A DNA stretch of 64,000 nt from an uncultured Ellagibacter sp. (lineage in GTDB: Bacteria > Actinomycetota > Coriobacteriia > Coriobacteriales > Eggerthellaceae): positions 6,706 to 70,705 of the forward strand of contig NZ_CAKUAL010000001.1 in the NCBI RefSeq assembly GCF_934636505.1. Direction: 5' to 3'. A program made the translations under genes and the position numbers. The notes beneath the pieces are model-generated. The model was not told the DNA's origin. It ran no database searches and saw only the letters and a list, made by a program, of their open reading frames with translations. Position 1 is the stretch's first letter; every line of letters starts with the position of its first letter. This document shows, in pieces, positions 26,006 through 34,347 of this stretch.

Positions 26006-26245
26006 GGGCGGCTCCTTCCGCTAGCGGCGGGCTCCTGCTACCGCACCCGGGACCGCTACCTCCTAGAAGAGATCCGAGGAATGGCGCGCGGCCACCCTCA
26101 TCCAGCTTATCCGCGGCCTCGCCCGGATGGGGCAGGTTGCCAGACTCCTTTACGAGAAGCAAGGCTCTCATCGGCCATGTCGGCAACCCTGCCCGCCAGA
26201 ATCTGCATTGCATCCATAAGCATTCGATAAAAGGCTTAAAAATGC
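26006..26245 (-). ncRNA. Candidate IS110 bridge (seeker) RNA region in the 5' non-coding end of the IS
   Basis: Position is analogous to that of characterised IS110/IS621 bridge RNAs. Contains the stem GGGCAGGTTGCC (26130-26141) / GGCAACCCTGCCC (26182-26194). No transcript evidence. Confidence 0.3.
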
Positions 26246-26269
26246 AACGACTTAAAGATAGGAGTGGTC

Positions 26270-26539
26270 ATGGACGCAGTGATGAAGGTGATGCGCAGCG
26301 GCAACAGCGAAGTTGTGGCGCTGCCCGCCGCGTGGCGGCGCAAGCATGGAGTGACGGCAGGCGATTACCTCATAGTCAGCGAACTCCCAAACGGAAGCAT
26401 CGTGCTCAAGCCGAAGAAAGACGGGTCAGCGGAAATAAAGGAGCGTCTTGCTGCATTGCGCAAAGACAACGCACGCTGTACTGCGCTCGTCGATATGAGC
26501 ATCGAGGAGGAGAAAGAAGCGGCACATGAGCGTGAATAG
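26270..26539 (+). CDS. AbrB/SpoVT-type antitoxin (VapB-like)
   Basis: The SpoVT/AbrB swapped-hairpin segment VMRSGNSEVVALPAAWRRKHGVTAGDYLIV. TAGGAG RBS. Overlaps the PIN gene by 14 nt. Confidence 0.7.
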   Translation: MDAVMKVMRSGNSEVVALPAAWRRKHGVTAGDYLIVSELPNGSIVLKPKKDGSAEIKERLAALRKDNARCTALVDMSIEEEKEAAHERE

Positions 26540-26951
26540 CATCTTTCTTGACACGAATTTCCTGCTCGACGCTCTTGTCGAGGGTAGGCCGCAGAGTGCA
26601 GAGGCCTTCGATGTCTTTTGTGCTATAGCCGACGGTAAGGTCGCTGGTTTCGTTATGCCAAGTCAGCTCGTCGACTTCTACCACATCGCCCGAAAGGGAG
26701 GTATGTCCGACGAGAAAAGGCGAGAAAGCGTCGGGCTGATTTTGGATTGCTGCTCGGTTTGCGCGGTCGATCAGTCTCTGCTTCGCAGTGCGCTACGATC
26801 CGATGAGCCGGACTTCGAGGATGGACTCATTCGCCAGGCGGCAGAGGAGTTCGGGGCTGATTATATCGCTACCCGAGACGAGAAAGGTTTTATAGGCTCA
26901 ACCGTGCCGAAAGCCGAGCCTCGTGAGCTTGTCCAGCACCTCGGTCTGTGA
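26526..26951 (+). CDS. PIN-domain toxin (VapC-like)
   Basis: N-terminal IFLDTNFLLD and the conserved acidic residues EDGL and TRDEKGF. Confidence 0.75.
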   Translation: MSVNSIFLDTNFLLDALVEGRPQSAEAFDVFCAIADGKVAGFVMPSQLVDFYHIARKGGMSDEKRRESVGLILDCCSVCAVDQSLLRSALRSDEPDFEDGLIRQAAEEFGADYIATRDEKGFIGSTVPKAEPRELVQHLGL

Positions 26952-26982
26952 TTGAGGCGCTCGCGGGATTCTCTGTACTTTT

Positions 26983-27167
26983 GAGGGCTTCTTTTATGCC
27001 GTCGTACAGGGCGGCCGTGAGAGTCTTATTCAAGGACGATGAGTGCCAAACGGAAGCTTTTCGCACCTGTACTATGGTGGGGACATGCAATCACTACGGG
27101 CTGAGTATAGTGAACCCAGCAAAGGGCGCGGCGAAGAGGTGGCGAGTCATTAAGCGTTCCCCGCGCG
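26983..27167 (+). repeat. Repeat B, copy 1: 185-bp element ending in the first CRISPR-like repeat (leader-like)
   Basis: Nearly identical to 28314-28498; I saw a single T/C difference. Confidence 0.85.
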
Positions 27168-27350
27168 CGGGATGGTCTCAACTCCGACCTCGCGGGCTGC
27201 AAGTCCACCATAAACGCTTCCCGCGCGTGGGGATAATCCCTGTTGACGCACCTAGAAAGAATGGACGCGGGCCTCGGTTCTTAACCAGGGTGCGCGTCCA
27301 TAACAGAGTTTATATCATATCGGGACTTCCCAGCGCGTGCGGGGTGATCT
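27154..27350 (+). CRISPR. Degenerate type I-E-like CRISPR repeat remnants (orphan, no cas genes in the window)
   Basis: GCGTTCCCCGCGCGCGGGATGGTCTC (27154), CGCTTCCCGCGCGTGGGGATAATCCC (27215) and ACTTCCCAGCGCGTGCGGGGTGATCT (27325) resemble the I-E consensus GTTCCCCGCGC..GCGGGGATAAACC. The first two are 61 nt apart (29+32). The third is out of register. Confidence 0.4.
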
Positions 27351-27494
27351 TTGGCCGACAATGACTTGGGACATCAGGCGACGGTGCGTAATGCTCACTC
27401 GGGTCGACCTTGGAGGTCTGCGCTATGGCTTTCGTGAAAGGAAGTAGACTGCGCGAGGAAGTGGAGCATTGATCCTCGTGGGCAGGGACTTCGG

Positions 27495-27806
27495 ATGCAG
27501 AGGAGGCTGGTTTTGGATCTGCCGGATGAGCAAATTGTTGAGCTGGTGTCGAAAGGCGGCCCGAGGGCCTGTCTTGTTCTTGCTGATTTGCTGGAAAGCG
27601 GCGAGTCCTATCCGGGTCCTATCGAGGACATCAAAGCAATGACGAACGATTATTCAAGCGTAGCGTTTGCCTACCCCGTTGCTTCTATTGCGTGGGCCTA
27701 CCTCGAGGCCCATAAAATCGCTCGCTATGATGGCGATGATTTCCTGATCGCAGGCCTCATCGCTGCGACCCTCGATGGTTCGTTCTGCGGAAGGGCCTAC
27801 GAATGA
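27495..27806 (+). CDS. Hypothetical protein
   Basis: 103-aa ORF with a protein-like composition. Weak RBS. Located between repeat families. Confidence 0.4.
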   Translation: MQRRLVLDLPDEQIVELVSKGGPRACLVLADLLESGESYPGPIEDIKAMTNDYSSVAFAYPVASIAWAYLEAHKIARYDGDDFLIAGLIAATLDGSFCGRAYE

Positions 27807-27942
27807 GGCGCAGGAAGAAGGCAACAACTCGGTGAAGGCGCAACTCCGCGGCGAGACGCGGTGCGGACGGCCGAGGCCGAGAGTCGCGCCTCTTTCGTGG
27901 CGCGGTGCGGACGGCTGGGGCTGAGAGCTTGCCCCCTTTGGC

Positions 27943-28166
27943 AAGGTGCGCGTTTCGAGAGGGGGGACATGCCAGAAATTGGGCACTCTTCATCATCGCG
28001 GGGAGCGAACGCGGGAAGTCGGGGAAGGCGACTCGGATGCCGAATTCGCCGACCTGGCCTTATGCCCGCATGCCGTTCGTGATGACCCGCCGCAGGGGGT
28101 GAAAATCGCTTCCCAAGCGGCTCATGTTGATGAAAACCGCCCGATTTCTGGCAGGTTGGGGCGTTC
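27943..28166 (+). repeat. Repeat A, copy 2
   Basis: See 24381-24603. TIR TGCCAGAAATTGGGC (27970-27984) pairs with GCCCGATTTCTGGCA (28139-28153). The single TIR difference keeps a G-U pair. Confidence 0.8.
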
Positions 28167-28313
28167 GTTCGTTCGTGCGGTCGTCCGATTGCTGCTTCGC
28201 AGCGCGTCAGTGACGCTTTCCGTGGGATGCCGGACCCGGCATCCCGCCGCGAAGATACGCGGCGAGACGGTTTAGCCCTTTAGTTGTCGTCGTCGTCAGA
28301 ACATGAGCAACTG

Positions 28314-28498
28314 GAGGGCTTCTTTTATGCCGTCGTACAGGGCGGCCGTGAGAGTCTTATTCAAGGACGATGAGTGCCAAACGGAAGCTTTTCGCACCTG
28401 TACTATGGTGGGGACATGCAATCACTACGGGCTGAGTATAGTGAACCCAGCAAAGGGCGCGGCGAAGAGGTGGCGAGTCATTAAGCGCTCCCCGCGCG
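28314..28498 (+). repeat. Repeat B, copy 2
   Basis: See 26983-27167. Similarity ends inside the CRISPR-like repeat, after CCCCGCGCG. Confidence 0.85.
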
Positions 28499-28600
28499 GC
28501 AATCTCAGCGCGCGGGTCCCGGGGCCAACGCCTTCCGCAGGTGTCTCCCCGAGTGTGTGAGACAACCCCGACTCCGCCGTTTTTCTAGGGAGGGTTTGCG

Positions 28601-28819
28601 ATGCCGGAACCGAAGAAGCGCGCCGTGAAGCGTACTGATGCGCAGCGCGCGGCGGAAAACAAGTACAAGAAGGCGAAGCAGAAGAAGATCCAGTGCAATT
28701 TCTTTCCGCCCGATTACGATTTGTACGAATTCGCGAGGAATCGGGAGGAAAGCATGTCGTCATACCTGAAGCGCCTCATTCGCGAGGACAAGGAGAGGAG
28801 CGAGAACGGTTCGCAATGA
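28601..28819 (+). CDS. Small basic protein, possible ribbon-helix-helix DNA-binding protein
   Basis: GGAGGG RBS. Lys/Arg-rich N-terminus, then a strand-helix-helix-like segment IQCNFFPPDYDLYEFARNREESMSSYLKRLIRED. Confidence 0.5.
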   Translation: MPEPKKRAVKRTDAQRAAENKYKKAKQKKIQCNFFPPDYDLYEFARNREESMSSYLKRLIREDKERSENGSQ

Positions 28820-28877
28820 AACAGGTGCTTGATTTCCTGATTTTCATCTCGGAGCTCGTGATGCGAAAGGGATTCTC

Positions 28878-29369
28878 GTGAAGATCGTCAACCTTACCTG
28901 CCCAGGCTGCGGCGCTCGGCTTGAAGTCGACATGGATAGGAAAATGGCTTTCTGCAGCTATTGCGGTGCCGCCCTGCCAGTCGATGACGAGATTCAGAAA
29001 GTCCAGCTCGACGGAGCAGAGAAGGCTGGGTACGAATTCGAGAAGGGTCGTCAAAGGGCTCAAGCGGAAGCGGCGCAGGTATCTTCCCAACCTCAGCAAG
29101 TCTGCTATCAACCAGCCTCCCAGCCAACTTTCCAGCCCCAAGTCCCTCCCCAACCCCAGCAGGCATCCTGCCAGCCGGCCCCTCAAGAGCCCCCGAAGAA
29201 GCGCAAAACGTGGTTGTGGGTTCTGGGGTGGATTTGCATTTTCCCCGTTCCGCTCACGATTATCATGCTGAACAAGGAAGACATGAGCAAAAAGGCTAGG
29301 TACGGCATCATTGCCGCAGGTTGGATTCTCTACCTGCTCATCGGGCTTGGTGGCGGTGGATCGAAGTAA
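28878..29369 (+). CDS. Zinc-ribbon membrane protein (hypothetical)
   Basis: CPGCG...CSYCG zinc ribbon, Gln/Pro-rich linker, two C-terminal TM helices. GTG start behind GAAAGGGA. Confidence 0.55.
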   Translation: MKIVNLTCPGCGARLEVDMDRKMAFCSYCGAALPVDDEIQKVQLDGAEKAGYEFEKGRQRAQAEAAQVSSQPQQVCYQPASQPTFQPQVPPQPQQASCQPAPQEPPKKRKTWLWVLGWICIFPVPLTIIMLNKEDMSKKARYGIIAAGWILYLLIGLGGGGSK

Positions 29370-29554
29370 GCGCCAAACGCATCCGTCCGCGCCTATGAGT
29401 CGGGTCGGCGGGCGGTATAGCCAGCTCAATCGCACTTCGTGTTTGACGGCGGAATCTTCCCCGAAAAACGCTCTTCCGCTCTAGTCTGTTGGAGTAGAAT
29501 AGCCCGTGGACGAACGGCTATTCAATCGGCGTTTTCGCTGGGAAGAGGCGGGGT

Positions 29555-31144
29555 TTGGCTCAGCACATCTTCACATACGACTGCACATTGCGCGACGGCG
29601 AGCAGTGCGAGGGTATCTCGCTTTCTCTTGACGACAAGCTGCGCATCGTGGAGCGGCTCGACGCGTTCGGCGTCGATTTCATCGAGGGCGGTTTCCCCGC
29701 GTCGAACCCGAAAGACATCGAGTTCTTCCGCCGTGTGAGGGAGCTGCCGCTTGCCCATGCGCGCATCGCCGCGTTCGGGTCTACCTGCAAGAAGGGCACG
29801 CTGGCCGACCAAGACCAAGGGCTTGCCGACCTCATCGAGTGCGGCGCTCCTGTGGCAACCATCGTCGGGAAAACGTGGGATGCCCAGGTCACGCGCGCGT
29901 TGCAGACCACGCTCAAGGAAAACTTGCGCATGATCGCCGACTCGGTCGCGTATCTGAAGGCCCACGGGCTCACCGTCGTGTTCGACGCCGAGCACTTCTT
30001 CGACGGCTACAAGGCAAATCCCGACTACGCGCTCGCGTGCATCCGCGCGGCAAGCGAGGCCGGCGCCGACTCCATCGATCTTTGCGAGACGAACGGCGGC
30101 GCGCTTCCCTTCGAGGTGGAAGAGGTGGTCGGCGTCGTTGCGCGTGCGCTTCCCGGCCAGCAGCTGGGCATTCACTGTCACGACGATTCCGGCTGTGCGG
30201 TGGCCAATGCGCTTTCCGCTGTCCGTGCGGGTGCGCTGCAGGTGCAGGGCACCGTCGGCGGCATCGGCGAGCGCGTGGGCAACACCGACCTGCTCACCGC
30301 CATCGCCGACATGGAGCTCAAGATGGGGCTCCGCTGCGTCGGCTCCGACAACCTGCGCGACCTCACGCGGACCGCCCAGTTCGTCGCCGAAACGTGCAAC
30401 CTGTCCGTTCCCGCGCACCATCCCTACACGGGCGCCTCGGCGTTCGCGCACAAGGGCGGCCTCCATGCGAGCGCCATCGCGCGCTTCCCGGAAGCCTACG
30501 AGCACACGAGCCCCCAAAACGTCGGCAACGCAACGCGGATGCTTGTGAGCGAGCTTGCGGGGAAGGCGTCGCTTGCCGCGAAGGCGAAGAGCCTGGGAAT
30601 CGACCTTTCGGGCGACGCGCGCACGCTTCAGGCGATTCTGGACGACGTGAAGGCGCGCGAGGCACACGGCTACTCCTACGAGGTTGCTGACGGGTCGCTC
30701 GCGGTGCTGATCAGGCGGCATCTCGGCTTATACGAGCCCCATTTCAGGCTGGAGAGCTTCCGCGTCATCGTGGACGATCGGGAAGACACGGGCGCTCTCG
30801 CGAAGGACGCGGCGAGCGAGGCCACGGTCAAGATTCATGTGGGTGATCGCCGAATCGTCGCCACGGGCGAGGGCACGGGCCCCGTCGGCGCACTCGACGC
30901 AGCGCTTCGCATGGCCATCACGGAGTACCTGCCCCAGGTGGCGAACATGGAGCTCACCGACTACAAGGTGCGCATTTTGGATGAGGAAGGCGCCGGCACG
31001 AGCGCCACGACGCGCGTCATCATCACCACGAGTGATAAACGCGGCAGTTGGGGCACGGTCGGCGTGAGCGAGAACATCATCGAGGCATCGTGGAACGCGC
31101 TTGTCGATTCCATCGAGTACGGCCTCATACGAGCAGAAGGGTAG
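29555..31144 (+). CDS. cimA: Citramalate synthase / 2-isopropylmalate synthase family
   Basis: CTLRDGEQ HMGL-like barrel motifs (HCHDDSGCAVAN) and a C-terminal LeuA-dimer-like regulatory domain. The length of about 529 aa is typical of CimA. TTG start behind GGAAGAGG. Confidence 0.75.
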   Translation: MAQHIFTYDCTLRDGEQCEGISLSLDDKLRIVERLDAFGVDFIEGGFPASNPKDIEFFRRVRELPLAHARIAAFGSTCKKGTLADQDQGLADLIECGAPVATIVGKTWDAQVTRALQTTLKENLRMIADSVAYLKAHGLTVVFDAEHFFDGYKANPDYALACIRAASEAGADSIDLCETNGGALPFEVEEVVGVVARALPGQQLGIHCHDDSGCAVANALSAVRAGALQVQGTVGGIGERVGNTDLLTAIADMELKMGLRCVGSDNLRDLTRTAQFVAETCNLSVPAHHPYTGASAFAHKGGLHASAIARFPEAYEHTSPQNVGNATRMLVSELAGKASLAAKAKSLGIDLSGDARTLQAILDDVKAREAHGYSYEVADGSLAVLIRRHLGLYEPHFRLESFRVIVDDREDTGALAKDAASEATVKIHVGDRRIVATGEGTGPVGALDAALRMAITEYLPQVANMELTDYKVRILDEEGAGTSATTRVIITTSDKRGSWGTVGVSENIIEASWNALVDSIEYGLIRAEG

Positions 31145-31148
31145 TGAA

Positions 31149-31442
31149 ATGAGCGAACTGAGAACCCCCGAAGTCGAGAACCTGCTGTCCGTCTTCGCCA
31201 AGTTAAACGATAAAGATACAGTGTTTGCCCTGCTCGAGGACTTGTTCACGATTCGCGAGATTCGCGAGACCTCGCAGCGTTTGGCTGTGGCCCGCCTGCT
31301 TTCCTCTGGCAAGCCCTATTCCGCGATCGAGGAGGCAACAGGTGCCTCGGCGACGACTATCGCCCGCGTGTCGAAGTGCCTCTCTTACGGGTCGGGCGGT
31401 TACGCCGCCGCGCTCGAAGCGCTTGGTGACAAGAAGGAATAG
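31149..31442 (+). CDS. TrpR-like YerC/YecD-family protein
   Basis: LEDLFTIREIRETSQRLAVARLL...YSAIEEATGASATTIARVSKCL matches the YerC/YecD HTH pattern. Confidence 0.7.
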   Translation: MSELRTPEVENLLSVFAKLNDKDTVFALLEDLFTIREIRETSQRLAVARLLSSGKPYSAIEEATGASATTIARVSKCLSYGSGGYAAALEALGDKKE

Positions 31443-31454
31443 CCCGCAAGTCTC

Positions 31455-32120
31455 CTAGCGCTCGGCGCGTGCGGCGAACACTTCCAAGATGAGCTGGGCA
31501 CGCGTCCCGATGAGGGTCGTGTTCTCGTCGAGGAACCGGCGCACGTCGCTTAGGGGAAGCTGGAAGGGCGCTATGAGCTCGCTTTCTTCAGGTTGTGCAT
31601 CGCCCGCCTTCTCCACCTGGGCAAATACAATCTGGATTGCCTCATCGGTTAACCCTGTCGACGAGAATCCCGCCTGGGGCAAAAGTCGTACAGGCTCATC
31701 GACGTCGGTGCGCAGGCGGTACCCCGTCTCTTCGCGCAGCTCGCGGTCGACGCATTCGCGGATGCTCTCGTTAGGTTCCTTCAAGCCTGCGGGGAACGCG
31801 ATGCACCAGGAATTCAGCGGATAGCGGAACTCGCGGATCATGAGCAGCGTTCCTTCGCGCGTTTCGCCCACGATGCAAACGGCGTCTACGCGAGGCGCTT
31901 CGCCGCGGGCATTCGCCATAAGGCCCGCGCGGTATGCTTCCAGCTTCTTACGCGATGTGCTCTCGTACACGTAGTCGGTGCCGTCGGGCAGCTCGTAGGT
32001 GAGGATGTACTTGTTGATCCATCCTTCGCTTACCTGCTCGATGTTCTTCAGTTGCGGAATGCCGCTGGTCGTTGCTGCGTTCATCTGCCCATCCTTTGCC
32101 GCATCGTTGCTCGGCGCCAT
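31455..32120 (-). CDS. Nudix hydrolase
   Basis: Nudix box GLKEPNESIRECVDRELREETGY. Confidence 0.8.
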   Translation of the reverse strand: MAPSNDAAKDGQMNAATTSGIPQLKNIEQVSEGWINKYILTYELPDGTDYVYESTSRKKLEAYRAGLMANARGEAPRVDAVCIVGETREGTLLMIREFRYPLNSWCIAFPAGLKEPNESIRECVDRELREETGYRLRTDVDEPVRLLPQAGFSSTGLTDEAIQIVFAQVEKAGDAQPEESELIAPFQLPLSDVRRFLDENTTLIGTRAQLILEVFAARAER

Positions 32121-32141
32121 GATACACCAGGTGCGGGGCGA

Positions 32142-32182
32142 GAAAAAGAAAGCCCGCAGGGGGAGGATCCTTACGGGCTTTC
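32142..32182 (-). terminator. Rho-independent terminator of hsp20
   Basis: Read on the minus strand: stem GAAAGCCCG / CGGGCTTTC followed by TTTTT. Confidence 0.6.
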
Positions 32183-32257
32183 GCGCTGGGCTTATCGGAC
32201 GCGCCCGGCGTCAATCGGAGAAAAAAGAGAGGGAAAGGAAAATCGAGAGGGGAAAGG

Positions 32258-32716
32258 CTACGCGATGGCGATGGTCTTCTTCTCCTCAAGCTTGGGTTGC
32301 GGCTGCGGCTTGGGGACGTCGATCACGAGCGTGCCGTTCTCGAAGCGAGCCTTGATGTCCTCTTCCTTGACATCCTCGCCTACATAGAACGTACGGCTGC
32401 ACTTGCCCTCGAAGCGCTCCTTGCGTACCCAGGTGCCCTTCTTCTCGTCGCCTTCGGAGGTCTCGGTCTTGGTCTCGGCGTTTACGGTGAGGTAGCCGTC
32501 CTTAAGCTCGGCCTGAACGTCTTCCTTCTTGAATCCAGGCAGGTCGATGGTCATTTCGAAACCGTCGTCATGCTCCTTGATGTCGGTGCGCATCAGCGTG
32601 GAGGAAGACTTCGGCGCCGGGGTGAACGGGGTGTTGAAGAACGCGTCGAACGGATCGGCCATCAGGTCATTAAAGAAATTCCTACGAGTCGGCATAAGCA
32701 TGGTCATCATTGTCAT
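32258..32716 (-). CDS. Small heat-shock protein (Hsp20/alpha-crystallin family)
   Basis: Alpha-crystallin domain motifs (DIKEHDDGFEMTIDLPGFKKEDV, ENGTLVIDVPK). Confidence 0.9.
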   Translation of the reverse strand: MTMMTMLMPTRRNFFNDLMADPFDAFFNTPFTPAPKSSSTLMRTDIKEHDDGFEMTIDLPGFKKEDVQAELKDGYLTVNAETKTETSEGDEKKGTWVRKERFEGKCSRTFYVGEDVKEEDIKARFENGTLVIDVPKPQPQPKLEEKKTIAIA

Positions 32717-32888
32717 CTCCTAATAACGGGGGGCGCTCTGTTTTGGGAATCGGCGGAAACCTGCTGTCGCGGTTGTTCGCTCGCTTTAGCGGTGGGCGGC
32801 AACGTTGCCGTGCCCGCCTGCAGTGGGCTAAAACCCTGCGGCGCCTTGCCTTCGCTTCTTCTCGGCGTCCCTTCTTGGTTCGACTATC

Positions 32889-32917
32889 GTTATAGACTCC
32901 TCATTAGCACTCGTCAA
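32889..32917 (-). promoter_or_regulatory. Sigma-70-like promoter of hsp20
   Basis: Minus strand reads TTGACG, 17 nt, TATAAC. The -35 hexamer lies inside the CIRCE spacer. Confidence 0.5.
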
Positions 32918-32930
32918 TGGAGAGTGCTAG
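32904..32930. promoter_or_regulatory. CIRCE element (HrcA operator)
   Basis: TTAGCACTC-N9-GAGTGCTAG versus the consensus TTAGCACTC-N9-GAGTGCTAA; 17 of 18 positions match. Confidence 0.8.
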
Positions 32931-33230
32931 TTCGTCACAAACCTGACACATTTGCTAGAAGGTAACTTGAGTGGAATACGCTTAGATAATCGGAAGGCGA
33001 CGCCGAAGAGAAGGGGAAGGGGCAGGTTGTTCGCTCGCTCTCAGCACGCCGTTTGCGCCCCTTCCGCGTCTTGATGCGCGCTTCGCATCTTAGGTTTCCT
33101 CCGCTATTCCAACCTGTGCCGCGATAGCGGCGAGACCCGTTTCGCATTGCAATCGCGAACGGGTATTCTCGAGCGGTCGTCAAACGAGTATGCTTTGCGG
33201 AGTAAGGGGCGAAAGGAAGCGGGGTGTGGT

Positions 33231-33773
33231 ATGGCTCGAATCGGCGTGATTTCCGATACGCATGGCATTTTGCCTGTTGAGGCATTCAATGCGCTTGCTG
33301 ATTGCGAGCATATCATCCATGCGGGCGACATCTGCAGCCCCGAGATTATCCGCGATCTGCAAACGCTTGCGCCTGTGACAGCCGTGCTCGGCAACAACGA
33401 CTTCAACGAGTACGGCACCTCGGTGTGCCGCTACGCCCGGCCCGTCATCGATGGCGTGCGCTTCCTCGTGGCGCATTACCCGCGGGATGTGCGCATCACG
33501 TTCGCGGGGTCGGGTGCGCTCGCGCCGGGCGATCCGCTGCCAAACGTGTGCATTCATGGGCATACCCATGTGCCCGAAATCGTGGTGGGGAAGGAAGCGC
33601 GCCCGGCCGACCTGCTGCTCTGCCCCGGCTCGCCCACCAGCCCCCGCGGGGGGTTCCCGCAATGCGTGGCGAAGATCGACGTGTGGGAGGGCCGCATTCT
33701 GCGCGCCTGGGTCGAGCGGACCACGCGCGGTTGCCACTGCGGTGCGGTCGTGCTGCGCCACGACTTCACGTAA
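33231..33773 (+). CDS. YfcE-like metallophosphoesterase
   Basis: Motifs ISDTHG, HAGD, GNND, HGHTH. ATG 33231 lies behind GGAAGCGGGG. Confidence 0.8.
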   Translation: MARIGVISDTHGILPVEAFNALADCEHIIHAGDICSPEIIRDLQTLAPVTAVLGNNDFNEYGTSVCRYARPVIDGVRFLVAHYPRDVRITFAGSGALAPGDPLPNVCIHGHTHVPEIVVGKEARPADLLLCPGSPTSPRGGFPQCVAKIDVWEGRILRAWVERTTRGCHCGAVVLRHDFT

Positions 33774-33855
33774 GGCCGGCCGCATTCGCGCCCTCGGGGC
33801 TTTGCGGCGAAAGCGCGCGGGGCGGGGCCCGCCGGGGGCCCACGAACGGGACGGG

Positions 33856-34260
33856 GTCGGGCGATTTGCCTCACTCCTGTAGCACATCCCCGAGTTCGTG
33901 GTCAACTGAGCGAGTTGTGCGCCCCTGCTTCTCTCCTTGCGCTCGCGTGGAAAAATCGCGACCAGGCCTTTTCCCAGCAAGGGCTTCCCAGCCGGCTTCC
34001 AGGAGCGCGAAAACGCCGACTTTCCGCGATCGAAACGTCGCACAACTCGTCCAGCTGACCATGAACTCAGGGGAGTGCTCCTCCGAGGGCTTTTTTTGAA
34101 CAATTGAGAATTATTCCCGGGCGAATGAAGGCCGACTTTCGCGGGGCTATGGTTGCTGCAGCAGTAGCTGCTGCGCGTGCGTTGGGATCTTGGAGCGCGG
34201 CCGGCTGTCTGGGGATGGTCGACTCGCTTCCTAGGATGGGTCGGGCGATTTGTCTCAGTC
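33856..34260. repeat. Structured non-coding repeat region
   Basis: Imperfect 34-bp inverted arms at 33888-33921 and 34039-34073. Direct repeats GGGTCGGGCGATTTG(C/T)CTCA at about 33854 and about 34238. Confidence 0.7.
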
Positions 34261-34347
34261 GTGGGACGGGGGACGGAAGGGCGAGAATCGACTCGTGGGG
34301 CTAGGGACGCGGGGTGCAGAGACTGCGCGATCAACCCCATCCTCGTT

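Larger units (their letters stand above)
24604..26245 (-). mobile_element. IS110-family insertion sequence (boundaries approximate)
   Basis: Contains the DEDD transposase CDS plus about 240 bp of upstream and about 220 bp of downstream non-coding sequence. It sits between repeat A and the toxin-antitoxin cassette. No terminal inverted repeats, as expected for IS110. Confidence 0.55.

Noticed and set aside
24732-26230. 493-aa (minus) and 479-aa (plus) ORFs overlapping the IS110 transposase
   Set aside because: The 392-aa frame carries the DEDD and Transposase_20 motifs and an AAGGAG RBS. The alternative frames are Arg/Gly-rich artefacts.
26948-27364. 138-aa ORF, and the related 85-aa ORF at 28303-28560, sharing SFMPSYRAAVRVLFKDDECQTEAF...
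   Set aside because: The shared peptide simply reflects the duplicated 185-bp repeat B. The ORFs diverge exactly where the DNA repeat ends, and they lack an RBS.
32960-32985. HAIR (HspR) operator-like half-site CTTGAGT upstream of hsp20
   Set aside because: The second half (ACTCAAG after 7 nt) is absent. CIRCE is the supported element.
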